Shown one piece after another: positions 36,202 through 46,720 of a stretch of 64,000 bases of DNA. Both the position numbers and the translations under genes were made by a program. The notes below the pieces were generated by a model. The model was not told where the DNA came from. It ran no database searches and saw nothing but the letters and a program-made list of their open reading frames with translations. Each line of letters begins with the position of its first letter. Positions within the stretch are counted from its first letter, which is position 1. This stretch comes from Bacillota bacterium (GTDB taxonomy: Bacteria; Bacillota; UBA4882; UBA10575), in assembly GCA_029782135.1 (NCBI GenBank), contig JAKOVI010000133.1:10176-74175 (forward strand). The letters run 5' to 3'.

Positions 36202-37059
36202 TTATAAGTGTCCTTGTTTGACCTTTTCACGTAACAAACCATAAAAGCTTTTTTCTTTAAACCGGATCAATCTGGTTTTATGTGGTGCGGTGTAAATTTT
36301 GACCTCATCATTGGGGGCAATGAAGAGACTCTCCTGCCCGTCCGCCGTCAACATCACTTCCCGTGGCATCACGGTGAATTTTATTTCGATCACGGCATTA
36401 CTCCCGATCACCAATGGCCGGTTGAAGAAGGAATGGGCGCAGATCGGGGTGAGCACCAAAGCAGCAAGCTGCGGGGCGACAATCGGCCCCCCGGCGGATA
36501 AAGAATAAGCCGTCGAGCCGGTGGGGGTGGAAACAATGACGCCGTCCGCTGCCATCGCGGCCGTTAAGTAATGATCAATCAGGACCTCGAATCTTAACAT
36601 CCGCGCGGAAACACCTTTGGTCAAGACAATATCATTCAACCCGACCAGAGAGCCCGCCTTTTCACCGTTCCGCTGCACCTCGGCGCCGACCATAATCCGG
36701 TCTTCAATCTCAAACTGCCCGGCCCGCAGTCGATCCACGGCAAACTTCAACTCTTTATCCTCTACTTCGGTTAAGAAACCGAGATGTCCTAAGTTGATGC
36801 CAAAAATCGGGATCTCACGGGGATAGATGAGCCGCGAAAGCGAGAGTAACGCGCCGTCTCCGCCCAAAACCACACCGCAATCCATTTGCGCCAGTAAATC
36901 TTGGGCGGCCAACCCCAAGTGCTCCCGGCCGATCTGACGGGCAGTCTCTTTCTCCAGTACCACTTGGAAATCAACCTCTTGCAACAGGTTGATGAGTTCC
37001 TTCGCCACCTCCACCGCCCGCGGTTTCCGCAAGAGTGGAAAGACGCCAATCGTTTTCAT
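36202..37059 (-). CDS. nadK: NAD kinase
   Basis: GGDGALL and NLGHLGFLTE motifs. The ATG at 37059 is preceded by AGAGGTG. Confidence 0.9.
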   Translation of the reverse strand: MKTIGVFPLLRKPRAVEVAKELINLLQEVDFQVVLEKETARQIGREHLGLAAQDLLAQMDCGVVLGGDGALLSLSRLIYPREIPIFGINLGHLGFLTEVEDKELKFAVDRLRAGQFEIEDRIMVGAEVQRNGEKAGSLVGLNDIVLTKGVSARMLRFEVLIDHYLTAAMAADGVIVSTPTGSTAYSLSAGGPIVAPQLAALVLTPICAHSFFNRPLVIGSNAVIEIKFTVMPREVMLTADGQESLFIAPNDEVKIYTAPHKTRLIRFKEKSFYGLLREKVKQGHL

Positions 37060-37207
37060 GAACACACCTCTGTCGATCCCAATCTTTGTATTTATTCAAT
37101 TAGTTCTCCGGGAAATCCTGCATGAAGATTCGGAACGAGACATACTTTTATACTATTGACCCTCTGCTTTAAACACAGCTCAATCTCCTAATTATGGGGG
37201 AATTGTT

Positions 37208-38617
37208 TTGAAGATCAAGCTCCGTTCCCAACTCAAAAATTTTCTCTTGTTAAGTTCATCAAATCTGGTCCTGAAAGTTTATGGTGAAATCTACCGCATC
37301 TTACTGGTCCGGCGGTGCGGTGCTGAACCTTTTGGTTTGGTCGGGATGGTTTTTCCGTTCTACCGGCTACTGGTGATTTTAATCACGATGGGCCTCCCGG
37401 CCGCCCTCGTTCGCCTGGTCGCGATCGAACAAGCCCGTAACAACCCGGCTTGGATTCTTGAAGCGAAAAAAAAAGCCTTTTCCCTGGTCTCGCTTGCCGC
37501 CTCCATCATTGCTTTCTTCCTGTTTCTGTACGCCGGACCTCTCGGGAGTTTGCTCTTTAATGATTCCCGCACCAGCGTCCTCCTTCGGTATCTAGCCTTG
37601 GCTCTTAACCTCAATTGTCTGTGCCTGCTTTACCGGGGATACTTGCATGGGCTGAACCGGATTGCCCCCCTGGTCTGGGCGGAAACCGCTGAAACGGTGG
37701 GGGAGAGCGTTTTCGTCGTTTTTATCCTGTATTCGACAGCCTGTCCGGGGGTGGAAAGGAGCGCGCAAACCCTCGCCCAGGGTTTTATCTTAGGGGAATT
37801 AACCTGTTTGTTGCTGCTCGGCACCTATGATTTCCTCTGCATCCGCCCGCTGATGAAGCACGCTGTCCAACCGGTTGTTCAAGGACGCTTGCTTTCGTCC
37901 CTCTTAAACTCCTCTTTTCCTTTAATGGCCCAACAGTTGATCCTCTCTTTATCCCGGATCGCCGACGGCATCCTCCTGCCCCATCTCCTGAAAAAAGGGG
38001 GACTTTCTCCGACCCTGGCTGCAACGAAACTCGGTGAATACTGGGGAATGGCCACTCCCATCCTCTTCTTTCCCGTGTTTTTATTCTCCCCGCTCTCCAC
38101 CATTATCCTTCCGGCAACCGCCCAAGCCAGTGTAGGCCGGAACCTCTCCCTTTATTTGCGGAAAATCCGCCGCTTGCTTGGGGTCGCGCTGGTTTATGGG
38201 CTTGTTACGGCCGGGGTCCTCCTCCGTTTCGGACCAATCGTCTCCTTCCTTTTCTACCAGACCACCGCCGCTACCGAATATCTGCCGTTTCTCCTGCCGG
38301 CTCTCCCTTTTATGGTGATCAACCAGATCCTTGCGCCGGTCGCCGAAGGGCTTGGGAAACAAGCTTTTCTTCTCCGGGCCACTTTGGTTATGCTTCTCAT
38401 TAAAACCGGTGTCGCCGCTGCTTTTGTCCCGTTGCCCCATTTCGGTTTAGCCGGCGCCGCCTGGAGTGTTACGCTCAGCCAGGCTCTCTATTGTTGCCTA
38501 TTACTCCGGGAAACCGTCTTTTCGAGGACGGTCACGTCGAAATGGTTCCTTTTATTCCATCCCAAGTACTTAAACGGGCGCGGCACCCCGGAACAGCACT
38601 CCTCGATCCTAAGATAA
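37208..38617 (+). CDS. MOP-superfamily oligosaccharide/lipid II flippase (SpoVB-like polysaccharide biosynthesis protein)
   Basis: 469 aa with about 12-14 TM segments. N-terminus LLLSSSNLVLKVYGEIYRILLVRRCGAEPFGL. TTG start. Confidence 0.7.
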   Translation: MKIKLRSQLKNFLLLSSSNLVLKVYGEIYRILLVRRCGAEPFGLVGMVFPFYRLLVILITMGLPAALVRLVAIEQARNNPAWILEAKKKAFSLVSLAASIIAFFLFLYAGPLGSLLFNDSRTSVLLRYLALALNLNCLCLLYRGYLHGLNRIAPLVWAETAETVGESVFVVFILYSTACPGVERSAQTLAQGFILGELTCLLLLGTYDFLCIRPLMKHAVQPVVQGRLLSSLLNSSFPLMAQQLILSLSRIADGILLPHLLKKGGLSPTLAATKLGEYWGMATPILFFPVFLFSPLSTIILPATAQASVGRNLSLYLRKIRRLLGVALVYGLVTAGVLLRFGPIVSFLFYQTTAATEYLPFLLPALPFMVINQILAPVAEGLGKQAFLLRATLVMLLIKTGVAAAFVPLPHFGLAGAAWSVTLSQALYCCLLLRETVFSRTVTSKWFLLFHPKYLNGRGTPEQHSSILR

Positions 38618-38790
38618 TCACTCCTGCCCGAGTTTAAAATACAGTTCCTTATGAAACTTCCAAGCGTCAACCTGTTCTACTTGTGATTTCAGCTAGAAAA
38701 TATTACCTATTACCCCCACACATAGATTACTGAACAGCCATCCTTTCAGCCGGGGCTGAATAAAAAAGATCAAAGCAAGGGAAAACGGCA

Positions 38791-38827
38791 AATTAAAAAG
38801 GGGTGTCGCCGTTTGGTGCGCACCCCT
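38791..38827 (-). terminator. Terminator of the amino-acid ABC operon
   Basis: AGGGGUG-15 nt-CACCCCU followed by UUUUUAAUUU, directly after the ATPase stop. Confidence 0.7.
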
Positions 38828-38833
38828 TTAATC

Positions 38834-39559
38834 TTAAAGAATCTTACTTAAAAACATCTTCGTCCGCTCGTTGGCCGGGGAGGTGAAGATTTCGGACGGG
38901 GAATTTTCCTCCAAAATCATCCCGTCATCCATAAAGAGGACCCGGTCCGCCACTTCCCGGGCAAAACCCATCTCGTGCGTGACCACTACCATTGTCATTC
39001 CCTCGCGGCCTAAATCCTTCATTACATCCAGGACTTCTTTAATCATCTCCGGATCCAAGGCTGATGTTGGTTCGTCAAACAACATCACTTTCGGTTGCAT
39101 CGCCAAAGCCCGGGCAATCGCAACCCGTTGCTGCTGACCGCCGGAGAGTTGATCGGGAAAAGCTTTGGCTTTATCCAACAAACCAACTTTTTTCAAAAGC
39201 GCATATGCCCGTTCTTCCGCTTCGGCGCGCGGGAGCTTGCGGACTTTCACCGGGGCGAGGCAGATGTTATCCAGGACATTCATATGCGGGAAGAGATTGA
39301 ATTGTTGGAAGACCATCCCCACCTCCGCCCGGACTTTATTAATATCGGTCTCATTCTTGTTGGTGATCTCCTGGCCATCAATGAAGATCTGACCGCTGGT
39401 TGGTTCCTCCAAAAAATTCAAACAACGGAGGAAGGTGCTCTTCCCGGAACCGCTCGGCCCAATCACACAGATTACTTCGCCCTGGTTAATCTGGACGGAG
39501 ACTCCCTTTAAGACGTGCAGTCGGCCAAAGTGTTTATGCAGATCTCTGGTTTCAATCAC
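38834..39559 (-). CDS. Polar amino-acid ABC transporter ATP-binding protein (GlnQ-like)
   Basis: Walker [10 protein letters not shown], signature [15 protein letters not shown], Walker [12 protein letters not shown]. Confidence 0.9.
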   Translation of the reverse strand: MIETRDLHKHFGRLHVLKGVSVQINQGEVICVIGPSGSGKSTFLRCLNFLEEPTSGQIFIDGQEITNKNETDINKVRAEVGMVFQQFNLFPHMNVLDNICLAPVKVRKLPRAEAEERAYALLKKVGLLDKAKAFPDQLSGGQQQRVAIARALAMQPKVMLFDEPTSALDPEMIKEVLDVMKDLGREGMTMVVVTHEMGFAREVADRVLFMDDGMILEENSPSEIFTSPANERTKMFLSKIL

Positions 39560-40217
39560 CCTTCTTCAACTTCCTCTCCGTATAGTTCACTAATTGCGTG
39601 ATCGGCAGGGTCATAAAGAGAAACATAAACGCCACCGCCGTCCAGATCTCAAACGAACGGAAGGTCCGGCCCGAGATGAGGTATCCCTTCCGGACCAACT
39701 CCTCCAAAGCAATAACGGACACGATGGAAGAATCCTTCAGCAAAGCAATGAATTCATTTCCCAACGGCGGGATAATCCGCTTAAAGGTTTGCGGAAGAAT
39801 CACATGCAGCATCGCTTGTCCATAGGTCATGCCCAAAGAACGGGCGGCCTCCATCTGCCCCCGGCTGATCGATTGGATCCCCGCGCGGACAATCTCCGCA
39901 ACATAGGCGCCGCTGTTGACTGACATGGTGATATAAGCCGCCAGTAACGGGGGGATCGGAATCCCGATCAAGGCCGGAATCCCGAAATAGACAAGGTAAA
40001 GTTGGACCAAGAGAGGTGTACCGCGAATGAAATTTACATAAATCGAACTTAGACTGAAAATCAACGCATTCTTGGCGACCCGTCCGATCCCGAAAAATGT
40101 CCCGATTAAGATTCCCATACTAACGGCAATACAGGTCAGACGGATTGTTAAACCGGCTCCGGCTAGAAGCATGGGAAAGGACTGGACAATTACCTGCCAA
40201 CTCCAGACATAACCCAC
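39552..40217 (-). CDS. Polar amino-acid ABC transporter permease
   Basis: His/Glu/Gln/Arg-type permease with the EAA-like motif [21 protein letters not shown]. The GTG at 40217 is preceded by AAAGGAG. The ORF-track start at 40325 adds a K-rich extension I distrust. Confidence 0.85.
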   Translation of the reverse strand: MGYVWSWQVIVQSFPMLLAGAGLTIRLTCIAVSMGILIGTFFGIGRVAKNALIFSLSSIYVNFIRGTPLLVQLYLVYFGIPALIGIPIPPLLAAYITMSVNSGAYVAEIVRAGIQSISRGQMEAARSLGMTYGQAMLHVILPQTFKRIIPPLGNEFIALLKDSSIVSVIALEELVRKGYLISGRTFRSFEIWTAVAFMFLFMTLPITQLVNYTERKLKKGD

Positions 40218-40376
40218 TGCGTCCACTCCTTTCTTTTGCTCTTTTTCCTGGTATTCATTACTCCGTTTTTCACTTTTACCCTTTCTCCATATTATCTCTG
40301 ATTTGGATAAACTTTTTTGCTTCATCTAATAACCGAAAAAGCAGCCCCCGGCTGCTATTCGGTTGATTAAACTGTT

Positions 40377-41153
40377 TTATTCACCAAAGTACTTTTTGTA
40401 AATCTCGTCGTAGACACCATTCTTTCTTAATGCGGCCAACGCCGTATTGATCTTTTCCAACAATGCGGTATCGCTTTTCCGCAGTGCAAAACCATATTCC
40501 TCAACCGTAAACGGCTCGCCGGCCATCTGGTAAAGACCGGGTGTTGCTTTAAGCTGTTCGCCGGCCACGCCCAGGTCAATCACGACCGCATCGACCCCGC
40601 CGTTCATCAGCTCAAGGAAGGCGTCGGGCGCGTTATTAAAGCGCCGGATCTCAGCAATCGCTACGCTCCCGTTCTCTTGCATCTCGGTCACGACCAGATC
40701 ACCGGTGGTATTCACCTGCACGGCCACTTTCTTCCCTGCCAGGTCCTTAGGAGATTTTATCCGCTGATCGCCAAGGCGGACGGCGATCACCTGACCGGCA
40801 TTGATGTAAGCGTCAGTAAAGTTCACGACCTCTTTGCGTTCCTCGGTAATAGTCAAGCCGGAAGCAATGACATTATAATTACCCGCCAACAAACCGGGAA
40901 TAATCCCGTCCCAGGCTACGTTCTTAATCTCCACTTCCATTCCGAGCTCTTGACCGATAGCACGCATTAAATCAAGATCAAAGCCCTTTAATTCGCCGGT
41001 AATCTCATCAACATACTCAAAGGGGGCAAAATCGGCACTCGAACCGACCACAATCTTCTCCGGCAGATTTTTCTCGCCACGCGGCAGGACAAGCAGGACA
41101 ACCACAAGAACCGCCACGATCACAAGACCGGCCAATAATAGTTTCTTTTTCAT
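40377..41153 (-). CDS. Polar amino-acid ABC transporter substrate-binding protein
   Basis: Signal anchor plus a family-3 SBP pattern (FAPFEYVD...GFDLDLMRAIGQELG...WDGIIPGLLAGNYNVIASGLTIT). Confidence 0.88.
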   Translation of the reverse strand: MKKKLLLAGLVIVAVLVVVLLVLPRGEKNLPEKIVVGSSADFAPFEYVDEITGELKGFDLDLMRAIGQELGMEVEIKNVAWDGIIPGLLAGNYNVIASGLTITEERKEVVNFTDAYINAGQVIAVRLGDQRIKSPKDLAGKKVAVQVNTTGDLVVTEMQENGSVAIAEIRRFNNAPDAFLELMNGGVDAVVIDLGVAGEQLKATPGLYQMAGEPFTVEEYGFALRKSDTALLEKINTALAALRKNGVYDEIYKKYFGE

Positions 41154-41191
41154 TCAAAACCCTCCGTTATGTGCTAAAAAGTATCAATCTC

Positions 41192-41220
41192 ATTATAACT
41201 TAGTGCTCATAATTATGCAA
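41192..41220 (-). promoter_or_regulatory. Sigma-A promoter of the amino-acid ABC operon
   Basis: TTGCAT, a 17-nt spacer, then TATAAT. Confidence 0.7.
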
Positions 41221-41271
41221 GACAAGATAATATTTATTGTTCGCATTTCATTTTCTTCCACCGTTTGGTCA

Positions 41272-41295
41272 AGAAAAAACCGGCTGACGCCGGTT
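41272..41295 (-). terminator. Terminator after yaaT/ricT
   Basis: AACCGGC-GUCA-GCCGGUU followed by UUUUCUU. Confidence 0.8.
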
Positions 41296-41316
41296 CAAAA
41301 AGGCTTAAGTTAAAGG

Positions 41317-42144
41317 TTAAAAATCAACCTCGCCCAGGGGCACTTCAATCCGCTCCTCACTGGGCAATTGAAGTACCAAAGTCTCTTTTAACAGGTTTTG
41401 CTCCACGACTACCGCTTTTTGGTCTTGGTAAACCACCGTACTCCCCACCGCCGGCAGGTTGCTGCTGCTCTCCCGGTAACTCTCTGATTCATATTTCAGA
41501 CAGCACATTAAGCGTCCGCAGATCCCGGAGATCTTTGTCGGATTTAAGGAAAGGTTTTGTTCTTTGGCCATTTTGATCGAGACCGGAGCAAATTCCCCGA
41601 GAAAGGTGGCACAACATAAAGGACGGCCGCAGGGCCCAAGTCCCCCCAGCATTTTGGCCTCATCACGTACGCCAATCTGGCGCAACTCGATCCGGGTGCG
41701 GAAAACCGAGGCTAAATCCTTTACTAATTCACGGAAATCAACCCGCCCGTCGGCCGTAAAGTAAAAGATGATTTTATTCCGGTCAAAAGTATATTCAACA
41801 TCGATTAATTTCATTTCCAATCCATGTTGTTTAATCTTTTCCAGACAAATCTGAAAGGCTTTCGCCTCTTTCTCCTGGTTCTCCAGATACTGTTCCCGGT
41901 CCTTCTCGGTTGCCACCCGGAGGACTTTTTTTAACGGCGGGGTAATCGCCTCTTCGCCAACCTCTTTCGGCCCGATCTTAACTTTGCCATATTCCAGTCC
42001 CCGGGCAGTCTCGACGATTACTTCCTGATCCACCTGCAGATCAAGGTCATTCGGATCAAAATAATAGATCTTCCCCGCCCGTTTAAAACGGACCCCCACT
42101 ACTGTATATAATTGAGAAGAGTCTTTCGCTACCGTCTCTTCCAT
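41317..42144 (-). CDS. ricT: PSP1-domain protein (stage 0 sporulation protein YaaT / RicT)
   Basis: VVGVRFKRAGKIYYFDP...GPCGRPLCCATFL...CGRLMCCLKYE is the typical PSP1 C-terminal cysteine pattern. Confidence 0.88.
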   Translation of the reverse strand: MEETVAKDSSQLYTVVGVRFKRAGKIYYFDPNDLDLQVDQEVIVETARGLEYGKVKIGPKEVGEEAITPPLKKVLRVATEKDREQYLENQEKEAKAFQICLEKIKQHGLEMKLIDVEYTFDRNKIIFYFTADGRVDFRELVKDLASVFRTRIELRQIGVRDEAKMLGGLGPCGRPLCCATFLGEFAPVSIKMAKEQNLSLNPTKISGICGRLMCCLKYESESYRESSSNLPAVGSTVVYQDQKAVVVEQNLLKETLVLQLPSEERIEVPLGEVDF

Positions 42145-42168
42145 CTCCTCTTCCCCCTTTCTTGCGGA

Positions 42169-42972
42169 TTAAATTTTTAAGGTTTCATAGATCGTTAAAT
42201 ATAAATCTTCCAGCAGCAACCGGAGGTTGAGATTGGCGGCCGCCCGTTCCCGGGCTGTTTGCAGCGCCATCAGGATCTGTGTCAGGCCGGGATTAAGGGG
42301 CTGCTTTTGCCGGACCCCGGTGAGCAGTTTGTTCCGGTAGTAGGACTGCAAGTCCCTTAAATACTCTTCCACCTGTTCCCGCTCTTTCTTGCTCATCACT
42401 TCCGCTTGTTGAAAGAGCGCAACCAGATCCTTCCCCTCCAGCAAGAACTCTTCATCTTCCTCTGCCGGAAGGGCTCCCGGTTCATGCCAACCGAGATTAA
42501 CCCGTTGCATCCGGGAACGGACCGTCGGCAACACCCCGAGTTCCTGATCGGCCTGGGCCAGGAAATAGACCCCGGGGGGAGGTTCTTCCAAAGTTTTTAA
42601 GAAGGCGTTGGCGGCTTCTTCCGTTAAGGTATGGAAGCGCTTAAAATAATAAACTTTCCGGGAGGATAAATAGGGGTGCAGATTCGCATCATAGCAAATC
42701 GCCCGCACTTCATCGATTTTAATACTGCCACCCTCGGGCTCGATAACGCGAAAATCGGGATGATTCCCGCTGGCCAGCAAACGACAGGAACGGCACTCGC
42801 CGCAGGGTTGCTGCTCGGTCGATAAACAAAGAAGAATCCGGACCAAAAAGCGAATTGTTTCTTCGTTTTCCGGATCCTCCCCGCCGATGAAGAGATAAGC
42901 ATGGCTGAGTGTGCGCGACCGGAAGACCTTTGCCAGGGCTTCCCGCCGCTGCTTGTACAATTCTTCGTACAA
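42169..42972 (-). CDS. holB: DNA polymerase III delta' subunit
   Basis: LSHAYLFIGG...CGECRSCRLLASGNHPDF...AANAFLKTLEEPP. Conserved position upstream of yaaT. Confidence 0.82.
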   Translation of the reverse strand: MYEELYKQRREALAKVFRSRTLSHAYLFIGGEDPENEETIRFLVRILLCLSTEQQPCGECRSCRLLASGNHPDFRVIEPEGGSIKIDEVRAICYDANLHPYLSSRKVYYFKRFHTLTEEAANAFLKTLEEPPPGVYFLAQADQELGVLPTVRSRMQRVNLGWHEPGALPAEEDEEFLLEGKDLVALFQQAEVMSKKEREQVEEYLRDLQSYYRNKLLTGVRQKQPLNPGLTQILMALQTARERAAANLNLRLLLEDLYLTIYETLKI

Positions 42973-43063
42973 ACCAATTCTCCTTACCGCATTTCCTCAC
43001 GACCGGATCTTCCAATAGAAGAATTACCCGAAACACACCGAAATAACCGGTATCCGGCCGGGC

Positions 43064-43519
43064 TTAATAATATAAATCAATTAATAAACCTCTAATCTCA
43101 TCAATCTTCGCCATGACATCAATCGCTTCTTGATTCTTCTTTAAGACGGCCGCGGTTAACTCCTCCAACGCCTTGTTGATCTTTTCAACCACACAAAACA
43201 CCCGCCGGTTGCCCCGCCGGTCCCAGCGGCTCTCGCCCTTCATCCGGAAGCTGCCGCGCAAGGCATCCTTTAAGAAAGCACGAACCGCTTCCCGGTAAAG
43301 CCGGAGATTCTCCGTGCTCGGTTGGTTCAGAAGCTGTTTGGCCCGCTCGTCGACCTGGTTAAGAAGCTCTTCCCAACCCCCGGCCAGTTTTGCTTCCTGC
43401 TCCCTAAGCACCTGGGTAAATCCGGCTTTCCCTCCGGTCCCCGCAACTGTTTCCCCCCGCTCGTTCACGGGCGGGGCGGTTTCGGCACCGACTCCTTTAA
43501 TCCGCATGGCTCGACCCAC
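43064..43519 (-). CDS. DUF327 protein (YaaR-like)
   Basis: About 150 aa in the conserved position between darA and holB, with a C-terminal ...IDEIRGLLIDLYY. The start (43519 or 43507) is uncertain. Confidence 0.68.
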   Translation of the reverse strand: MGRAMRIKGVGAETAPPVNERGETVAGTGGKAGFTQVLREQEAKLAGGWEELLNQVDERAKQLLNQPSTENLRLYREAVRAFLKDALRGSFRMKGESRWDRRGNRRVFCVVEKINKALEELTAAVLKKNQEAIDVMAKIDEIRGLLIDLYY

Positions 43520-43525
43520 TTCTCC

Positions 43526-43852
43526 TCAGATCTTCTCGAACGATTCGACTTTGACCGTAAAAACGGTTGCTCCGCCAACCTCGACCTCAACCGGGGTAGG
43601 AATGTAAGTGTTGAGCGCCTGATCCCCAACGGTCACCGGAGTAACCACTTGCTTCCGGGTACGGCAGACTTCTTTAATGATCGCGATCACTTCAGGCACA
43701 CCCTCTTGCTTTACCCCAATCAATAAGGTCGTATTCCCCCGGCGAAGAAAGCCTCCGGTACTCGCCAGCTTAGTTGCACTATAACCTTTCTCCATTAACT
43801 TCGCCAACAACCGGTTGACATCCTGGTCCTGTACTACGGCAATGATCAGCAA
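43526..43852 (-). CDS. darA: PII-like cyclic-di-AMP receptor (YaaQ/DarA)
   Basis: LIIAVVQDQDVNRLLAKLMEKGYSATKLASTGGFLRRGNTTLLIG, 108 aa. Confidence 0.85.
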   Translation of the reverse strand: MLIIAVVQDQDVNRLLAKLMEKGYSATKLASTGGFLRRGNTTLLIGVKQEGVPEVIAIIKEVCRTRKQVVTPVTVGDQALNTYIPTPVEVEVGGATVFTVKVESFEKI

Positions 43853-43867
43853 CGCAATCCCTCCTTC

Positions 43868-44524
43868 TCATCCTGAGTTGCCCAGGAGCGAATGGTATCT
43901 GCCGTAAAAGGTCCCCCAAATTAAACGGTGCACCTCATCGATTCCTAAACCGTCGCTGTTAATCAGGCAAATCCGGTCCGGCGCCGCGGCAGCAAGCCGC
44001 AGGTAACCCTCGCGGACCTTTGCTTGAAAAGCGGAACCGCGTGCCTCAATCCGGTCTTGCTGTCCCTGCGCCATCCGTTCTTGAATCCGTGCCCAGCCGG
44101 TCCGGGGAGTTAAGTCCAACAAGAAAGTTAGATCCGGAACCAAACCGCCGCTGGCAAACCGGTCGATCTGACGGATCTGCTCCAGATCATTGCCGCCGGC
44201 ATAACCCTGATAGGCGAGGGTGGAATCGGTAAAGCGCTCACAGATAACGACCTTTTGGCTTTCCAATGCCGGCCGGATCACTTCCTCCACATGCTGGGCC
44301 CGCGCCGCCGCATAAAGCAAAATCTCGGTCACAGGTGAAATATTAAGCCCTTCTTCATTAAGAAGTAAAGAACGAATCTTCTCCGCCAGCCGGGTCCCGC
44401 CCGGTTCCCTTGTCAAGACCACCGGAATCTTGGCCTGCACCAACCGCTCTTTTAACAACCGGGCTTGTGTTGATTTTCCGGTACCATCGACTCCCTCGAA
44501 AGTGATAAAGAAAGCCTTTTCCAT
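43868..44524 (-). CDS. tmk: Thymidylate kinase
   Basis: MEKAFFITFEGVDGTGKSTQ P-loop. The ATG at 44524 is preceded by AGAGGAG. Confidence 0.92.
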   Translation of the reverse strand: MEKAFFITFEGVDGTGKSTQARLLKERLVQAKIPVVLTREPGGTRLAEKIRSLLLNEEGLNISPVTEILLYAAARAQHVEEVIRPALESQKVVICERFTDSTLAYQGYAGGNDLEQIRQIDRFASGGLVPDLTFLLDLTPRTGWARIQERMAQGQQDRIEARGSAFQAKVREGYLRLAAAAPDRICLINSDGLGIDEVHRLIWGTFYGRYHSLLGNSG

Positions 44525-44582
44525 CTTTACTCCTCTACTGTTCAGATTAGACCGGCCAGCCAGCACGCGGCGGCTCCATCTC

Positions 44583-46028
44583 TCAGATGCTGCTCACTTT
44601 CACTTGCCCGTTTTTCAACCCCCGGACATAGCCACCTTGCTGCTGGAAAGCAGTGATCCATTCCACCATGGCCGGGGTAATCTCTTCGCCCGGGATCCAG
44701 AGCGGGATTCCCGGCGGGTACGCGGCCACCAAGCCGGCGGCAATTCGCCCGGCGGCATCCGGTAAATCAAGATAAACACTCGGCCGATCGACAGCGGTGC
44801 GGGGTGATATGGCGAGCGGGCGGTGATTCCAAGGGGGCGGCCCAACCGTCTTTTCTCCCGGGGTGGGGCCGGCGGTTCCAGCCAGGTGGCGGAGAGCTTT
44901 CACCAGGCGTGAAAGGTCTTTCTTCTTTTGTGCATAAGAAATAAAGAAATACAGATAATCCCGGTCCGCATATTCCGGTTGCACCCGGTACCGCCGGCGC
45001 AGAACCGTCTCCGCGTCCAGCCCCGGCCAGCCGGCAGGCCTTAAAGAGAGAATAATTTTCGTCGGGTCCAAACCATAACCGGCGGGGAGAGCGGAAGGCT
45101 CGATCAGCTTAAGCCCGGGCAAATCCTTAATCTGTTCGCGCACGAAGCTCCCCAGCTGTGCCGCGCGCCGGAACATCCGCCGTCCCTTGAAATACAATTG
45201 GCGGCGGGTTGAGTCCAATGAAGCCAACAGTAGATAGGAGGGGCTGGTTGAACTGAGAAACTGGAGAGCCTCCTCCAACTGGGCCTGGTAAGGAAAGTCC
45301 GGGCCGATATGCAACATTCCGGTCTGGGTCAAGGAACCCATCAATTTATGGACACCCCAAACCCAAAGATCGGCGGTCACGCTACCAGCCTCCGCAAGCC
45401 CGGGGTCAATAAAGCGCAGATGTCCGCCATGTGCCTCATCCACCAGCAACGGAAGCCGCCGCGCTTTACAGAGCGCCGCGATCTCCGCTAAGGGTCCGTA
45501 AATCCCGTGATAACCGGGGTTGGTCAGAAAGATACCGGCCGCTTGCGGGTAACGCTCCAAGTAATCCCGTACTACTGCGGTGGCAGGCAAACAGGGCAAC
45601 CCCTCAATCCACGCAGGAGGAAGAAAGACCGGTTTCAACCCGGCGAGAATTATCCCGTTCACCACCGAAAGATGGCAATTGCGGGCAACCAGGATTTCCT
45701 GGCCGGCTGCCCTTAACGCTAAACACGCAGCCATGATCCCGCTACTGGCCCCGTTGACCAGGAAATAACTCTTATGTGCGCCGAAGGCATCCGCCGCCAA
45801 CTCTTCCGCTTTTGTCTGGAGAAAATCGGGATCCTGTTCCAGATTGGCCCCCTTCAGTTCAGTCAGATCCATCCGGAGGAGCGGGCCGCCCAAACGGCGA
45901 AAAAGACGCTCACAACCCCGCCCGCCACGGTGTCCCGGTGTATGAAAGGCCGCGATTCCCTTTTTGGCATAGGCCCAAAAGTTCTCAAACAACGGCGCAT
46001 CTTTTTGGTTGAAAGAATAAGTCGACAT
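44583..46028 (-). CDS. Orn/Lys/Arg decarboxylase family protein (YaaO-like, PLP-dependent)
   Basis: MSTYSFNQKDAPLFENFWAYAKKGIAAFHTPGHRGG...GVHKLMGSLTQTG. Start chosen at the ATG at 46028; its RBS is weak. Confidence 0.82.
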   Translation of the reverse strand: MSTYSFNQKDAPLFENFWAYAKKGIAAFHTPGHRGGRGCERLFRRLGGPLLRMDLTELKGANLEQDPDFLQTKAEELAADAFGAHKSYFLVNGASSGIMAACLALRAAGQEILVARNCHLSVVNGIILAGLKPVFLPPAWIEGLPCLPATAVVRDYLERYPQAAGIFLTNPGYHGIYGPLAEIAALCKARRLPLLVDEAHGGHLRFIDPGLAEAGSVTADLWVWGVHKLMGSLTQTGMLHIGPDFPYQAQLEEALQFLSSTSPSYLLLASLDSTRRQLYFKGRRMFRRAAQLGSFVREQIKDLPGLKLIEPSALPAGYGLDPTKIILSLRPAGWPGLDAETVLRRRYRVQPEYADRDYLYFFISYAQKKKDLSRLVKALRHLAGTAGPTPGEKTVGPPPWNHRPLAISPRTAVDRPSVYLDLPDAAGRIAAGLVAAYPPGIPLWIPGEEITPAMVEWITAFQQQGGYVRGLKNGQVKVSSI

Positions 46029-46119
46029 ATGTTTTTTTTCGACGGCAACTTCTTGCTTTCCTCTTTTTGTCCAAAAGAGGTCATGAAAAAGCCCCTGGTT
46101 TACCTTAAGCCAGGGGACT

Positions 46120-46308
46120 TTAGTTTGCATTCAGCCATTTCGACCACAAAGCGCGCAGGTGCGTCAACCAGTCGTGATAATCCTCATCTTCGATCCGCAA
46201 TTTCGTTAAACGCCCTTCACAAGAGGGGCAAATGATCTCCCCGTGGATTTTTAATCCACCCAGTGTTAACTGCCCGCAAAGAGAACAAGTCGTTTTTTCG
46301 TCCATCAT
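46120..46308 (-). CDS. csfB: Anti-sigma-G factor Gin (CsfB)-like zinc-binding protein
   Basis: MMDEKTTCSLCGQLTLGGLKIHGEIICPSCEGRL...DEDYHDW has the CxxC...CxxC spacing and D-x-DY of CsfB. It sits in the conserved yaaO-proximal position. Confidence 0.68.
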   Translation of the reverse strand: MMDEKTTCSLCGQLTLGGLKIHGEIICPSCEGRLTKLRIEDEDYHDWLTHLRALWSKWLNAN

Positions 46309-46374
46309 CAACACCCCACCGGGATAATAATATTCCCGGTTTACCAAATCTGTGCTTATCTCACCGCCAATCTC

Positions 46375-46635
46375 TTATAACCAGGTCTTTAAGAAACAGA
46401 GGGAGATTATTCCGGGAAGACCCAAATATCCGCAGTATAAAGCAGTATAAACATTTAAGGGCAGATCGTAACCTGTAAAACGGAACAACAGGTTAAAGAC
46501 CACCAGGAAAATCAGCCCGGCTCCGCCTCTCAGGGCTATTTTCAGCAATAATTGCAAAGGAGAGAGAATAAACTTTCCTCCAAGCGCAATCAAGATTAAA
46601 AGAAGAAAATAAACAGCCAGAACCTCTAAAGACAC
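46375..46635 (-). CDS. bofA: Pro-sigma-K processing inhibitor BofA
   Basis: A GTG at 46635 preceded by GGAGGAGG gives 86 aa. The C-terminal NVYTALYCGYLGLPGIISLCFL resembles the BofA motif. The ORF-track start overlaps yaaL. Confidence 0.8.
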   Translation of the reverse strand: MSLEVLAVYFLLLILIALGGKFILSPLQLLLKIALRGGAGLIFLVVFNLLFRFTGYDLPLNVYTALYCGYLGLPGIISLCFLKTWL

Positions 46636-46720
46636 GCCAACCTCCTCCCTTAGTCCAAGACCCTCCGTGGCTTTTTGGCGTTGTGACGACCACGCCACCA
46701 ATGAAGCTGGGTCAGAAAAC